Positions 30,832 to 40,599 are shown, counted from the stretch's first letter. The stretch is DNA of 64,000 nucleotides from Allocoleopsis franciscana PCC 7113 (GCF_000317515.1 NC_019738.1:1873623-1937622), one strand, 5' to 3'. A program made the numbers and translations. The notes: generated by a model from the sequence alone, not told the origin.

Positions 30832-33447
30832 TTAAGCTTTCCTCACCCGGCAAGCAAAGCATTTGTAGGCTTGCTGACCGGAAAGATTGTCGTAATATTG
30901 GTCATCTACCAGGGTATTGGCGGCTTCATAGTAGGGAGTTCCGAGTTCTTCAGCCATTTTTTGCATCGGGCCAAACGTATGAGGAACGAAGATGGTATCC
31001 TCACGAATACCCTCCCAAATTTGCGCGGTTCCGGTAATCGAACCTCTAGGACTTTCTACGGCGATCGCATCCCCATTCTTAATCCCCACCCTCTGCGCCA
31101 CTTTAGGATGAATTTGAACTAGCCGAATGCCGTTCATTTGCTTACCCGTGTACGTCCACTGAGTTACGGTGTGAAAATGCACCACACTCGGCCTACCAAT
31201 CATCCCCATCAGTGGATACTCTTGGTGTACTTCCCCAGAGGAAATTCCGCCTAACTTTACCTTTTGGGTTAGTGCTTGCGGATTTATTGGGTTTTGGACA
31301 AATTCTTTGCTGTACTCGATCGTTGGATTTTTGCCCGTTACTTCGGGATGGGTGTAAAAGATGGGTAAGGCTGCGTGTCCGGCAACGGCCAACTTTTTCT
31401 CTAATTCTGAGGTATAGATTTCTACTTTGCCACTGGGGGTCAAAAAGCGCTTGCCCTGGTTTCCAGAAGTCGCTGTAACCCCTCTGTTCGCGTCACTATC
31501 CTGACTCGCTGTATCAGCGTTCCTGATACCAAGCCCTTTCACCACCTGATACCAGGAGGGATGATCTAAGTAGAGGGTGCTGACGCCAGGATGATCCAGA
31601 GAAGGACAAGGCCAGCGCAGGGGTTCCGCCCGCTTTTCCATGCGTTCCTGGGTCATACCTCCCATACCAGGGGTATTCTTGACAAAGGTTGCCCAGAGAT
31701 TGCGGTAGTCTTTCCATTCCAGGGGGAAATTCTCTGTCCAGTAGGCGGGTGGATTTTTCTTGTCCAACTTAGCCATAGCGTGTGCCAAGTCGATCCAAAT
31801 TTCCCAATCGGGTTTGGACTCTCCCACGCGAGGAACCGCCTGCTTTTGCCAGCGAATTGCCCTGTCGTCCCGCCGCATATAGACGGTTTCCATCTCAAAG
31901 CCGCTGCACACGGGTAGGATGATATCGGCGTAATAGGCAGATTCTTCCATAAACAAGCCAGTGTAGACATAGAACTCTAGCTGGCGGTAAGCCTCTTTTA
32001 CCTGACGCGTGTTGGCACTGGAGACAAGGGGATTGCCCGCCGTTGCGATCGCCTTCAAGCGATAAGGCTTCCCAGTTAGGATAGATTCGGCAAAATAGTC
32101 TGGGCCAACGGGTAACGCCACATCTTTCTTGGGAGGATTGCCCTCGATTGCCGGAAGATTTAACCCACCAGGCCAAGTATTGTGCATGAAATTGCAGCCG
32201 CCACCATTTACGCCAATGTTGCCCGTAACAGCAGCTAAAAATGCCAGGGTTCGGTAAGTATCGAAGGCGTTTAGTTGATGGGAGATGCCAGCATTGCAGA
32301 AAATTGCGGCCGGTTTTGTCCTAGCGTACTCCTCAGCAATTTGTCTGATTTTACCTGCTGGAACCCCTGTAATAGTTTCTGCCCATTCCGGCGTGTAGCC
32401 TTGCTTAACCAGGTGAGTTTTCAACTCCTCGAAACCAAGCACCCATTTTTGCACAAAGGCGGCATCGTGCAGGTTCTTGTCCAGAATATGATGCAACATT
32501 GCGAGAACCAAAGCTTGGTCGGTATGCGGCTTCGGTGCAATCCACTCATCTGCCTGTGCACCAGTTGGCGTTAGTCGAGGGTCAATTACTATCAGCTTTG
32601 CCTTAGTTTGGGCGCGACTTCTCAGCAGGTAAGCAAAGGTTACGGGGTGAGTTTCCGCTTGATTGGTACCCAAAAATAAGAAGTATTTCGCTGCACCTAA
32701 ATCTTCTTTCCCTGTTGCGCCATCCTTACCGTAGCCGTTGGTGAAATTCCCCAAGCCAAACGTCCATGCTAAAGCGTTTCCTCCAGCATCGTTACAGACT
32801 GGGCCAACATCTGTGTCGTTAGGACTTCCCAAGAGGGTGAAGAAGCGTCCAATTACCGAACCTGTGCCTCGTGGCATTCTACCAGAGGTTTTGTTTGCGA
32901 TAGCGAAGCGCTGCTGCGAAGCGCAGATCGCGCGTACCTCTCCCGCATCCCGAAGCGCTAAGAATTTCGTAGCGATAGTTCCCAACGCTTCATCCCAAGA
33001 AATCGGCTCAAACTTGGAATCCGGAGAACCCTTCTCGCCGGAAACCCGCTTCATCGGACTTTTCAGGCGGAAGCGATTGTAAACCAGTTGTGTCATCATC
33101 GGTCCTTTGACACAAAAGCCCCCCGATTGAACTGGATCGTCCGGTTCACCCAGAACATCAATAATGCGCCCATCTTTGACATGAACTTTTAGGCGGCACA
33201 GGGAGTTACAGAATTGACAAGCACTATCGATGATTGCATCTGGTTGTAGCGCCCCAGATTTCTGAGTAAAGTCAAATTCTGCACTGGGGGAAGTGGTAGC
33301 GGGATAGTACCCATCTTCCTTTGCCTCAGCCTGTCCTTTGAGCAAATCAGCCCCAGTTACGGCAGCAGCACCAATCGCAGCACCTTTCAAAAAGCCCCGA
33401 CGCGAAACACCCTGACGCGATACTTTCTTTTTATCTTTTGATTTCAT
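30832..33447 (-). CDS. TAT-exported molybdopterin oxidoreductase, DMSO-reductase family catalytic subunit, substrate unknown
   Basis: SRRGFLKGAAIGAAAV twin-arginine signal; CQFCNSLC-X27-CVKG = CX2CX3CX27C [4Fe-4S] motif; 871 aa; no adjacent Fe-S or cytochrome subunit gene. Confidence 0.8.
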   Translation of the reverse strand: MKSKDKKKVSRQGVSRRGFLKGAAIGAAAVTGADLLKGQAEAKEDGYYPATTSPSAEFDFTQKSGALQPDAIIDSACQFCNSLCRLKVHVKDGRIIDVLGEPDDPVQSGGFCVKGPMMTQLVYNRFRLKSPMKRVSGEKGSPDSKFEPISWDEALGTIATKFLALRDAGEVRAICASQQRFAIANKTSGRMPRGTGSVIGRFFTLLGSPNDTDVGPVCNDAGGNALAWTFGLGNFTNGYGKDGATGKEDLGAAKYFLFLGTNQAETHPVTFAYLLRSRAQTKAKLIVIDPRLTPTGAQADEWIAPKPHTDQALVLAMLHHILDKNLHDAAFVQKWVLGFEELKTHLVKQGYTPEWAETITGVPAGKIRQIAEEYARTKPAAIFCNAGISHQLNAFDTYRTLAFLAAVTGNIGVNGGGCNFMHNTWPGGLNLPAIEGNPPKKDVALPVGPDYFAESILTGKPYRLKAIATAGNPLVSSANTRQVKEAYRQLEFYVYTGLFMEESAYYADIILPVCSGFEMETVYMRRDDRAIRWQKQAVPRVGESKPDWEIWIDLAHAMAKLDKKNPPAYWTENFPLEWKDYRNLWATFVKNTPGMGGMTQERMEKRAEPLRWPCPSLDHPGVSTLYLDHPSWYQVVKGLGIRNADTASQDSDANRGVTATSGNQGKRFLTPSGKVEIYTSELEKKLAVAGHAALPIFYTHPEVTGKNPTIEYSKEFVQNPINPQALTQKVKLGGISSGEVHQEYPLMGMIGRPSVVHFHTVTQWTYTGKQMNGIRLVQIHPKVAQRVGIKNGDAIAVESPRGSITGTAQIWEGIREDTIFVPHTFGPMQKMAEELGTPYYEAANTLVDDQYYDNLSGQQAYKCFACRVRKA

Positions 33448-33486
33448 GAAATCTCTCGGTAGATTTTCCCTGTTTCAAGTGGAGAA

Positions 33487-34377
33487 TTAACCTCTTATCC
33501 CGTTCACATAAGCTGCTGTTAAAGCTTCCTGCGGTGCTTCAAACATCTGCTGAACACATCCATATTCAATCAATCGCCCAACCCCATCTTGAACCCAAAA
33601 GAGGGCAGCATAGTCCGCAATTCTACGCGCTTGGGCTAAGTTATGGGTAACAATGAGTTGGGTGTAACGTCCCCGCAAACGGGCAATCAAATCCTCCACT
33701 ACACCGCTGGAAATCGGATCGAGAGCACTACAAGGTTCATCTAATAACAAGACTTCAGGTTTCAAGACCAAAGCCCTGGCAATACACAATCGCTGTTGCT
33801 GTCCGCCGGAGAGGGCGAGGGCAGGGGCATTCAGTCGGTCTTTTACCTCGTCCCACAAGCCCACATCTTCTAGAGTTGATTCTATAATTTGATCGACTTG
33901 TTCGCGGTTTTTAATGCCGTGCTCTCGTAGCGGTAATGCCAGATTCTTCCAAATTGATAGGGGGAAGGGGTTGGGCTTTTGGAAGATCATACCGACACGG
34001 CGACGGAGTGCGATCGCATCTATCTTGGCATCGAGTACATTCAGTAAACCCATCCGAATGTGTCCCGATACACGGCATCGGGGAATCAAGTCAGTCAGGC
34101 GATTGAGGCAGCTTAAAAAACTAGTTTTACCACAGCCAGAAGGCCCAACCAACGCCGTAATGCAACCCTCATGAATCGGTAACGTTACATCTGCGAAGAT
34201 CGGTTTCTCCCCATAGTGCAAACTTAATTGCTCAGTCTGAATCAAGGGGTGAGGCAAGTCGGAAAATTGGGGAGATTCATGTATGCCATTGGCGTTGCCG
34301 TTGGGTATTGTCTCTATGGGTTCAGGTGTATTCAAAGTAGTGTAATCCTCCGATGTAACCAATGCTGAGCCATCCAT
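33487..34377 (-). CDS. PstB-like ABC ATPase with ~45-aa N-terminal extension
   Basis: GPSGCGKTS Walker A; VGMIFQKPNPFP PstB signature; LSGGQQQRLCIARAL; LLLDEP. Confidence 0.8.
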   Translation of the reverse strand: MDGSALVTSEDYTTLNTPEPIETIPNGNANGIHESPQFSDLPHPLIQTEQLSLHYGEKPIFADVTLPIHEGCITALVGPSGCGKTSFLSCLNRLTDLIPRCRVSGHIRMGLLNVLDAKIDAIALRRRVGMIFQKPNPFPLSIWKNLALPLREHGIKNREQVDQIIESTLEDVGLWDEVKDRLNAPALALSGGQQQRLCIARALVLKPEVLLLDEPCSALDPISSGVVEDLIARLRGRYTQLIVTHNLAQARRIADYAALFWVQDGVGRLIEYGCVQQMFEAPQEALTAAYVNGIRG

Positions 34378-35258
34378 GCTGCTGTGCCATTAATCAGCAG
34401 CAACACAACCAGCAGCACTAAAGCTGATGCATAGGCATTTTTATCCCCTCCAGCAACATTCATCGAAAGATCGAAAATGTGAATGGAAAGGGCACGTCCA
34501 GAATCGAGTAGAGACTCCGGCATCCGATCTACGTAGCCACTGGTGAAGATGAGGGCGGCTGTTTCTGCGATCGCACGGCCCATTCCTAGCACCAATCCCA
34601 CCATAAGTCCCGGAACCGCCGCAGGTAAAAGCAAGTGCCACAACGTCGTCGTGCGCGAAAAGCCTAAAGCCGCTGCTGAGAGCCGATAATGGTTAGGAAC
34701 AGCACGAAACCCCTCTTCTGTCGCACGAATTAGAATCGGCAGCACCATACACGCCAGCGTTAATCCACCGGACAAAATCGAGAACCCTAGTCCTAGCACG
34801 TTGCAGAAGAAGGCATTCCCAAACAACCCAAAGACAATCGACGGCACACCTGCCAGAACATCCAAACTGCGACGTACCAGACGCCCGAAAAAACTTTCCT
34901 CCGAGGTGAATTCCGCTAGCAGTACAGCCGTACCTATCCCAATGGGAACGGAAACCGCCATGCAAACACCCAGAATTAGAAGAGTGGAGACAAGAATGGG
35001 ACCAATACCTCCCCGGCGTCCCGCATTCTCCGGTGCAGCTGTGAGAAACTCCCAGGAAAGTTGTCCCGCACCATGCCAAATAATGTCACTCAGTATCCAG
35101 AGGAAGACGGCGGTTACTAAAATAGCGATCGCCCAAACCACAACTGTAGGCAGTAAAGAGTAGACAGTGGCAAGACGACTCTTTTGTCTCCCGATTCCTG
35201 ACTCTAGGGCGGGCACGGAGGCACCGCCCCTACGACTCCTGACTCCCGTTTCAGTCAT
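34332..35258 (-). CDS. PstA-like ABC permease
   Basis: 6-TM permease; start chosen at internal Met giving an 8-nt overlap with the upstream permease. Confidence 0.7.
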   Translation of the reverse strand: MTETGVRSRRGGASVPALESGIGRQKSRLATVYSLLPTVVVWAIAILVTAVFLWILSDIIWHGAGQLSWEFLTAAPENAGRRGGIGPILVSTLLILGVCMAVSVPIGIGTAVLLAEFTSEESFFGRLVRRSLDVLAGVPSIVFGLFGNAFFCNVLGLGFSILSGGLTLACMVLPILIRATEEGFRAVPNHYRLSAAALGFSRTTTLWHLLLPAAVPGLMVGLVLGMGRAIAETAALIFTSGYVDRMPESLLDSGRALSIHIFDLSMNVAGGDKNAYASALVLLVVLLLINGTAAWMAQHWLHRRITLL

Positions 35259-36159
35259 AAATTCTCCCCTTGCTGATTCCCTCAGCCGCAACAACCAGTG
35301 CCACAATCAGCGCCATCAGCACCAATCCACTGACAAAGAGTGCTGAACGATGATTACCTGTTGCATAAGCCATTTCTAGGGCAATATTGGCGGTGAGTGT
35401 CCGCATCGGTTCAAATAGACTCTTAGGAGTTTGCACGACATTGCCGCAAACCATCAAAATTGCCATTGTTTCACCAATAGCGCGACCTGTTTCTAGAATC
35501 ACCCCCGTGAACAGTCCCGATTTGGCAGCAGGAAAAACAACCCCCCAAATCATTCCCCACCGGGAGAATCCCAGCGCCGACGCACCCCGCAGGTATTCTG
35601 GAGGAACCTTGGCGAGGCTGGCATCTGCCATGAGTGCGACTGTAGGCAAAATCATAATCGTGAGGATAGCAATCCCAGCTAAGAGACTGGTTCCCGGCGG
35701 TTGGATGCGTCCAATAATCGGCACCAATACGACCAAACCCCAGAATCCGTAAACGACGGAGGGAATTCCCGCCAGTAACTCGATCAGCCGTCGATAGAGT
35801 CCGGCAATCGTGGGAGGAGCATAGTAGTGGCAGAAGACAGCAGATAAAATCCCCAATGGTGTCGCTACCAGCACTGAACCCGCCATTGCCAAGAGGGTGC
35901 CCCAAAGCATGGGGGTGAGGTTGTAGAGTCCTTCTGCGGGATTCCAGGATGCATCAGTGAAGAAGCGCAATAGTCCGACGTTTTGCAAAACTGGCAGCGC
36001 TTCCAACCCTAGAAACACCACAATCAAAATGACGATCGCACCCGCAACAACCGCACATCCCCGCAGCGTCCAGATGAGGATTTGGTCACTTTGATAGGGA
36101 GACAAAATTCTGCTCTTTGACAATGTTCTGTACCTTTGGCGATCGTGCGAAATCAACAA
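35251..36159 (-). CDS. PstC-like ABC permease
   Basis: 6-TM permease with EAA-like loop (RGASALGFSRWGMIW); the annotated start overlaps the pstS-like 3' end, so the real start is probably downstream. Confidence 0.7.
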   Translation of the reverse strand: MLISHDRQRYRTLSKSRILSPYQSDQILIWTLRGCAVVAGAIVILIVVFLGLEALPVLQNVGLLRFFTDASWNPAEGLYNLTPMLWGTLLAMAGSVLVATPLGILSAVFCHYYAPPTIAGLYRRLIELLAGIPSVVYGFWGLVVLVPIIGRIQPPGTSLLAGIAILTIMILPTVALMADASLAKVPPEYLRGASALGFSRWGMIWGVVFPAAKSGLFTGVILETGRAIGETMAILMVCGNVVQTPKSLFEPMRTLTANIALEMAYATGNHRSALFVSGLVLMALIVALVVAAEGISKGRIYD

Positions 36160-36940
36160 ATTCCTTCTCCAACCCTTGAGGTTGAGTTTTCATCACCAAG
36201 TTGAGGGGACGGGAAATAGGAAACGTCTCGTTTTGCACATTTGCTGTAGTAGCGGCTACTCCATTAACAGGCAGTAGCTTGATAGGAACACCGTTGCTAG
36301 AGCCATATTCCGCTGTCCCAATCGACACGTATCCGATCGCGTTGGGATTACCCGCAACTGTCTTAATTCCCTGCTCATTGTCACCAATCACCACTTGAGC
36401 TTTGATGTCACTATTCTTGAGCTTGAAGTAGTTCGTAAACAGTTCTAGCGTGGAGCGTCCCTCAGCTTTATTGACTACAGTGATAGGAGCATCCTTGCCT
36501 CCTACCTGCTTCCAGTTGCCAATCTTGCCTGTGTAAATATCAACAACTTGGCGATCGCTCAGGGACTGTACTGGATTATCTTTGTGAAGGATGATTGTCA
36601 CACCATCACGAGCGATCGTAAACGCTTGAAGGTCTTTTTCGTCCTCCTTGAGAGCGCGAGAAACCATACCAATGTTAGCTAGTCCTTTGCGAGCATCCGT
36701 AATGCCGCGAGAGGAACCACCACTCTGCACATCCACCCGTACAGCGGAATGTTCAGCCTCAAAGCGCTTGCCAATTTCGGAGGCTAGAGGTGCAACTGTG
36801 CTGGAGCCGGTTAATACTAGCTTGCCCTGTAATTTATCACTGGACTGTGTTGATGCTTCTGGGGGCTTAGTACAGGATTGTAACCCCATACAAACCGCCA
36901 AACTCATGGAAAGCGATGCCAGTATTCGGAAGTTTTTCAT
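36086..36940 (-). CDS. PstS-family periplasmic phosphate/oxyanion-binding lipoprotein
   Basis: Lipobox LQSC; LTGSSTVAPLA and SGGSSRGI...GMVSRAL motifs of the short PstS family. Confidence 0.75.
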   Translation of the reverse strand: MKNFRILASLSMSLAVCMGLQSCTKPPEASTQSSDKLQGKLVLTGSSTVAPLASEIGKRFEAEHSAVRVDVQSGGSSRGITDARKGLANIGMVSRALKEDEKDLQAFTIARDGVTIILHKDNPVQSLSDRQVVDIYTGKIGNWKQVGGKDAPITVVNKAEGRSTLELFTNYFKLKNSDIKAQVVIGDNEQGIKTVAGNPNAIGYVSIGTAEYGSSNGVPIKLLPVNGVAATTANVQNETFPISRPLNLVMKTQPQGLEKEFVDFARSPKVQNIVKEQNFVSLSK

Positions 36941-37104
36941 AAGTGATGCACTGAAATTATCCTGTCGGAATTAATCAAAGGAGAGGAGGCAGCAACCAAG
37001 GTCAATTGTCCTACCAGGGAATGAGGGCGCAATACTCCCATCTCCTCGTAGCCGGAGCTTTAGGGGGGAAGGGGTTGGGGGAGAGGTATCCCTTGCAGTA
37101 TTTG

Positions 37105-37240
37105 AGACGAGTGGTGTCTGGCAGAACCTTCAGCTTGCGGACACAAAACGACTGGGGTAACTCGTTTTTCTGGTTTATGGCTCACTGCCTGCCTGGATTG
37201 AACCGTGATTGATATGAAATTATATTCATATTTTAATTAA
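37105..37240 (-). promoter_or_regulatory. Duplicated arsR promoter/operator plus dead 5' fragment of arsR, upstream of the pstS-like operon
   Basis: ~85% identical to 57012-57140 (arsR start region). Contains the imperfect palindrome TTGATATGAAATTATATTCATAT. The start codon is mutated to ATA in this copy. Confidence 0.55.
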
Positions 37241-37384
37241 AAAAACGCAACCTAACGTTGAGGAACTCTCCCCGTTTAGGACGCAAAAAATAGCTAATTG
37301 ACAAGTCTATTGAGAATGGACTTTTGAGCCACCCTTCTCAGGAATTCATTCCCTGGCAACTGAGTCACTTATCAAAAATCTGTA

Positions 37385-37639
37385 TTGGTAGGGATGCCTG
37401 CCAACGCAGATGTCGTAAAAGTGACAGACGTGCAGCTCAAACCAACCGCCGATGGTCTAGAGGTGATTTTAGAGACGGCTTCACGAGCATCACCCCAACC
37501 TAAAACCTCCAGCGAGAACCAGACCTTGTTGATTGACTTGAGCAATGCTCAGTTGAACTTACGAGGCGGTGGGGAGTTTCACTCCGAAAACCCAGTTGAG
37601 GGCATCACTTTCTGTAACAGTAACTTCCCTGTCTGCTAA
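37385..37639 (+). pseudogene. AMIN-domain fragment, possible remnant of a TBDR/secretin N-terminus
   Basis: VKVTDVQLKPTADGLEVILET...LLIDLSNAQL pattern, 84 aa, no signal peptide. Confidence 0.3.
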
Positions 37640-37655
37640 CAGCATCCGCATTTTC

Positions 37656-38075
37656 TTAACCCCTACCAAAGAACCGTTTAAAGGGATTTGAGGCAACTTG
37701 CCCAAACCTTCCAGGCAGATTTCGTTGAGCCGCTTGAACCGGGTCTGGATCTGTGAAAATTTGGGCGGCGCGATCGCGAAGCATCCCGTTAGGGTTATCG
37801 CGAAGTTGAGAGCTGTGATCCTGAGAAGTGGAAACAAGCCTTGCGCCTTGTTCACCTTCATCCATTTGGGCATCAGCTAGAGCGGTCTGATAGGCTTGAT
37901 TTAAGGAAGGGAGGCTAGCTGCGATCGTAGGCAGTTCCACAATTCGAGCTTCCAGATTCTGACCAATAGCATGAAGCTGTTGTTGCAGTCCCGATGGCAA
38001 AGATTCATCCTGACGACCAAGGGCGGTCATAAAAGCCACAAGAATTTTTTCGTTTTGAGAGTTTAAAGAAGTCAT
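37656..38075 (-). CDS. Hypothetical protein
   Basis: 139-aa ORF, Gln/Ala-rich, no motif. Confidence 0.3.
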   Translation of the reverse strand: MTSLNSQNEKILVAFMTALGRQDESLPSGLQQQLHAIGQNLEARIVELPTIAASLPSLNQAYQTALADAQMDEGEQGARLVSTSQDHSSQLRDNPNGMLRDRAAQIFTDPDPVQAAQRNLPGRFGQVASNPFKRFFGRG

Positions 38076-38549
38076 GATTTAAAAAATTTTGCCAATACAA
38101 AAATACTGAAAGTCTATTTACTTAATAGTAGGAAAATTTGTGAGCTTTGAACTCAGAGAGTGACAGAAATCTAACTTTGGGCAGAGCCGTTATTTCCCGC
38201 TTCTAGTGGTAAGCCAATACTGTTTTGCGTATTTCCTCACTCAATCAGTAGTGCTATTGGTTCAGAATGACAAACTGATTTTTAATGGTGTAGCCTGCTG
38301 CTTCATTAACAGTAAGCACATCATGACCTGCGGTTTGAAGCAAATTGACGAGATATTTTGCCTGAGAATCTACCCTTCGGGAAGCCACCTACGGTGTCTA
38401 CGTCAAGGAGCAGTCGTAGTCCCGACATGAAGGTACTCCAACCTATGCTGGTGTTTGAATTCTAGTATGAGCGATCAGCTTCGCTGGTGTTCTTATGTGA
38501 TCGCATCACGTACCATAGGCTAGTCATTTGGCTTATAACCCATTAAGTC

Positions 38550-39014
38550 ATGCCTCAGCGAGACGCGATTCATAACATCATCAAGCAAGCTCTCATCAAG
38601 GAGGGTTGGGAAATCACGGACGATCCCTATGTCATATCGTATGGTGAGCGATTTCTCTTTATCGACTTGGCAGCAAGGTTAGATGCGCTCAATGGTATTG
38701 CAGGACGCTTTATCGGTGCTAGACGCGGTAGCAGTCGAATTGCCGTTGAAATTAAGGAGTTTCGAGGCAACTCGGCAATTGCTGATTTGGAGCAAGCGAT
38801 TGGTCAATATGTTCTTTATCGATTACTCCTCGAACAGGTTGATCGAGAGCGTGAGTTGTATCTCGCTGTTGCAGACACAACCTTTGACGGGATTTTCAGC
38901 GAACCGATTGGTGATTTGGTGATGCGTGAGTTACCAATGAAATTGCTTATTGTAGATGTAGAGGCGGTAGAGGTGAAGCGATGGATACCAGCACGAGAGA
39001 GCGGGACATTGTAA
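38550..39014 (+). CDS. xisH: XisH family protein (PD-(D/E)xK-like)
   Basis: MPQRDAIHNIIKQALIKEGWEITDDPY...ERFLFIDLAA...IAVEIK. Confidence 0.8.
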   Translation: MPQRDAIHNIIKQALIKEGWEITDDPYVISYGERFLFIDLAARLDALNGIAGRFIGARRGSSRIAVEIKEFRGNSAIADLEQAIGQYVLYRLLLEQVDRERELYLAVADTTFDGIFSEPIGDLVMRELPMKLLIVDVEAVEVKRWIPARESGTL

Positions 39015-39304
39015 AGCAGGTGATTCAACGATACGCCCAGTTCAAACCTTCTCATGGCCATATTCGACTCGACACGGTATTTGACGACACGCAAAACCGC
39101 TATGCACTAATGCAAGTGGGTTGGGATAGAGGACGACGGGTTAGGGGAAATTTGATTTATGTGACTTTGAGTGAGGGTAAGGTTTGGGTGGAATATGACG
39201 GGATGGAACAGGGAATTACTAAAGATCTAATTGCCGCAGGTATCCCTCCAGAGCGAATTGTTCTTGCATTTCTCCCTGAAGAGCAAACTGCTGCAACTGC
39301 CTAA
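38981..39304 (+). CDS. xisI: XisI family protein
   Basis: Overlaps xisH 3' end; ...RYALMQVGWD...GKVWVEYDG. Confidence 0.8.
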   Translation: MDTSTRERDIVKQVIQRYAQFKPSHGHIRLDTVFDDTQNRYALMQVGWDRGRRVRGNLIYVTLSEGKVWVEYDGMEQGITKDLIAAGIPPERIVLAFLPEEQTAATA

Positions 39305-39324
39305 ACTCAAATTATGATGAGCTA

Positions 39325-39377
39325 GCGATCGCACCTGTACATATATACAGTCAAAACCCACCTACACGAACGAGCGC
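39325..39377 (+). repeat. Left copy of ~50-bp imperfect direct repeat flanking the nuclease scrap island
   Basis: GATCGCACCTGTACATATATACAGTCAAAACCCACCTACACGAACGAGCGC vs the copy at 41536-41584, about 80% identical. Confidence 0.45.
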
Positions 39378-39459
39378 TCTGTTCGTTCATTCTTACATTC
39401 AAGTAGCAGATAAAAGCTATCATACCATCTAATATAAACAAAAAGGTAATGGCACCTTA

Positions 39460-40599
39460 TCAAACACGAATAGGGCTTCCAGCAATGCACCAATTCATAA
39501 CAACTTGTCCAATCTTTTCCCAATCAGAATGCATGGATTTATCAACTATTTTTGCAATCTCATGAGGATTTTTATGTTTAAGATATTCAACGGTATTGCT
39601 GAGCGTATTTTCTCCAAATCCCAGTGATATTTTACATTTACATTCTCCACTATTATTACTGCATTGCCAGTTAGCTTGACACCAATCATCTATAGAACTT
39701 GATATATTGGGAATTAAAGAAGTTTTTACTTCCCAAAAAGATTTAATTTTAGGATTACTTGCATTAATAATTTCCTTCATCCGAGTTCCTTTTTTTATAT
39801 CTAAAAAACGCCTAATCTCGAATGCCGTACTACTAATATTTTCAAAGATTTTTAAAACTTTGAGTCTTTCCTGGTTTCTTGAACACAGTTCAGATAAAAT
39901 TGAGTTAGGTATTAAGTTTTCAATTTCACGGCAATCAAGAATAAAAGTTTGCGTATTTATACAATTTGAATCGCTCTGAGTTTGGATGAGAGATGCTGTG
40001 GAGCCAAAGTTTCCATCAGGAGCAATTTTATCGCTATCTACAATACAAAGACAAAAACGTTTTTTTAATTCTTGAATATTAATATATTCAAGAGAAATTG
40101 TATTGCCGCCACCTCCTCTACCTTCGCATACTATTTTGATATTAATGTTGTTCCATACAAGATAAATTTTTGCTATGGTTTCGTATAGAATAGTATCATG
40201 AATATTTTCACACAGAAGTATGGTTTTCTGTACTAACTCTGAATCATTAAAAAAACGTGGAGCAACTTTAATAATTTGCTTACCTGAATTAGACACCACT
40301 TCTGGTTCATAACAAGAATTAACAAGTTCAATATATCTGGTTACCGCAGAAAGGTAAGATTCTAATTGTGTAGATTCTAATTGTGTAGATTGGTTAAATA
40401 ACTTGTTGTAAGTATTCCTGGCAAATTGAGATAAACGACGGCATTGAGCAATCTTTTTGAAAATTTCTCTCTTAGCCATTACTAAAGGCTTACCTTCCCG
40501 ACGAGCAGATGCAAGATTTTCTAAAGCCAAAACAGTTTCATCGTCCCAACTATTTTCATCTCCATTATCTACTACAGAGCTATTGATAAAAATCAGCAT
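39460..40599 (-). CDS. DUF4435/Toprim-like (AriB/OLD-type) putative nuclease, AT-rich
   Basis: KIVCEGRGGG (E), CIVDSDK (DxD), DCREIENLIP (RExEN) in Toprim order; Cys-rich C-terminus; GC content far below surroundings. Confidence 0.45.
   Translation of the reverse strand: MLIFINSSVVDNGDENSWDDETVLALENLASARREGKPLVMAKREIFKKIAQCRRLSQFARNTYNKLFNQSTQLESTQLESYLSAVTRYIELVNSCYEPEVVSNSGKQIIKVAPRFFNDSELVQKTILLCENIHDTILYETIAKIYLVWNNINIKIVCEGRGGGGNTISLEYINIQELKKRFCLCIVDSDKIAPDGNFGSTASLIQTQSDSNCINTQTFILDCREIENLIPNSILSELCSRNQERLKVLKIFENISSTAFEIRRFLDIKKGTRMKEIINASNPKIKSFWEVKTSLIPNISSSIDDWCQANWQCSNNSGECKCKISLGFGENTLSNTVEYLKHKNPHEIAKIVDKSMHSDWEKIGQVVMNWCIAGSPIRV

Noticed and set aside
31591-32574. Several 90-110-aa ORFs on both strands inside the Mo-oxidoreductase gene
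   Set aside because: All are nested in or antisense to a well-supported 871-aa gene.
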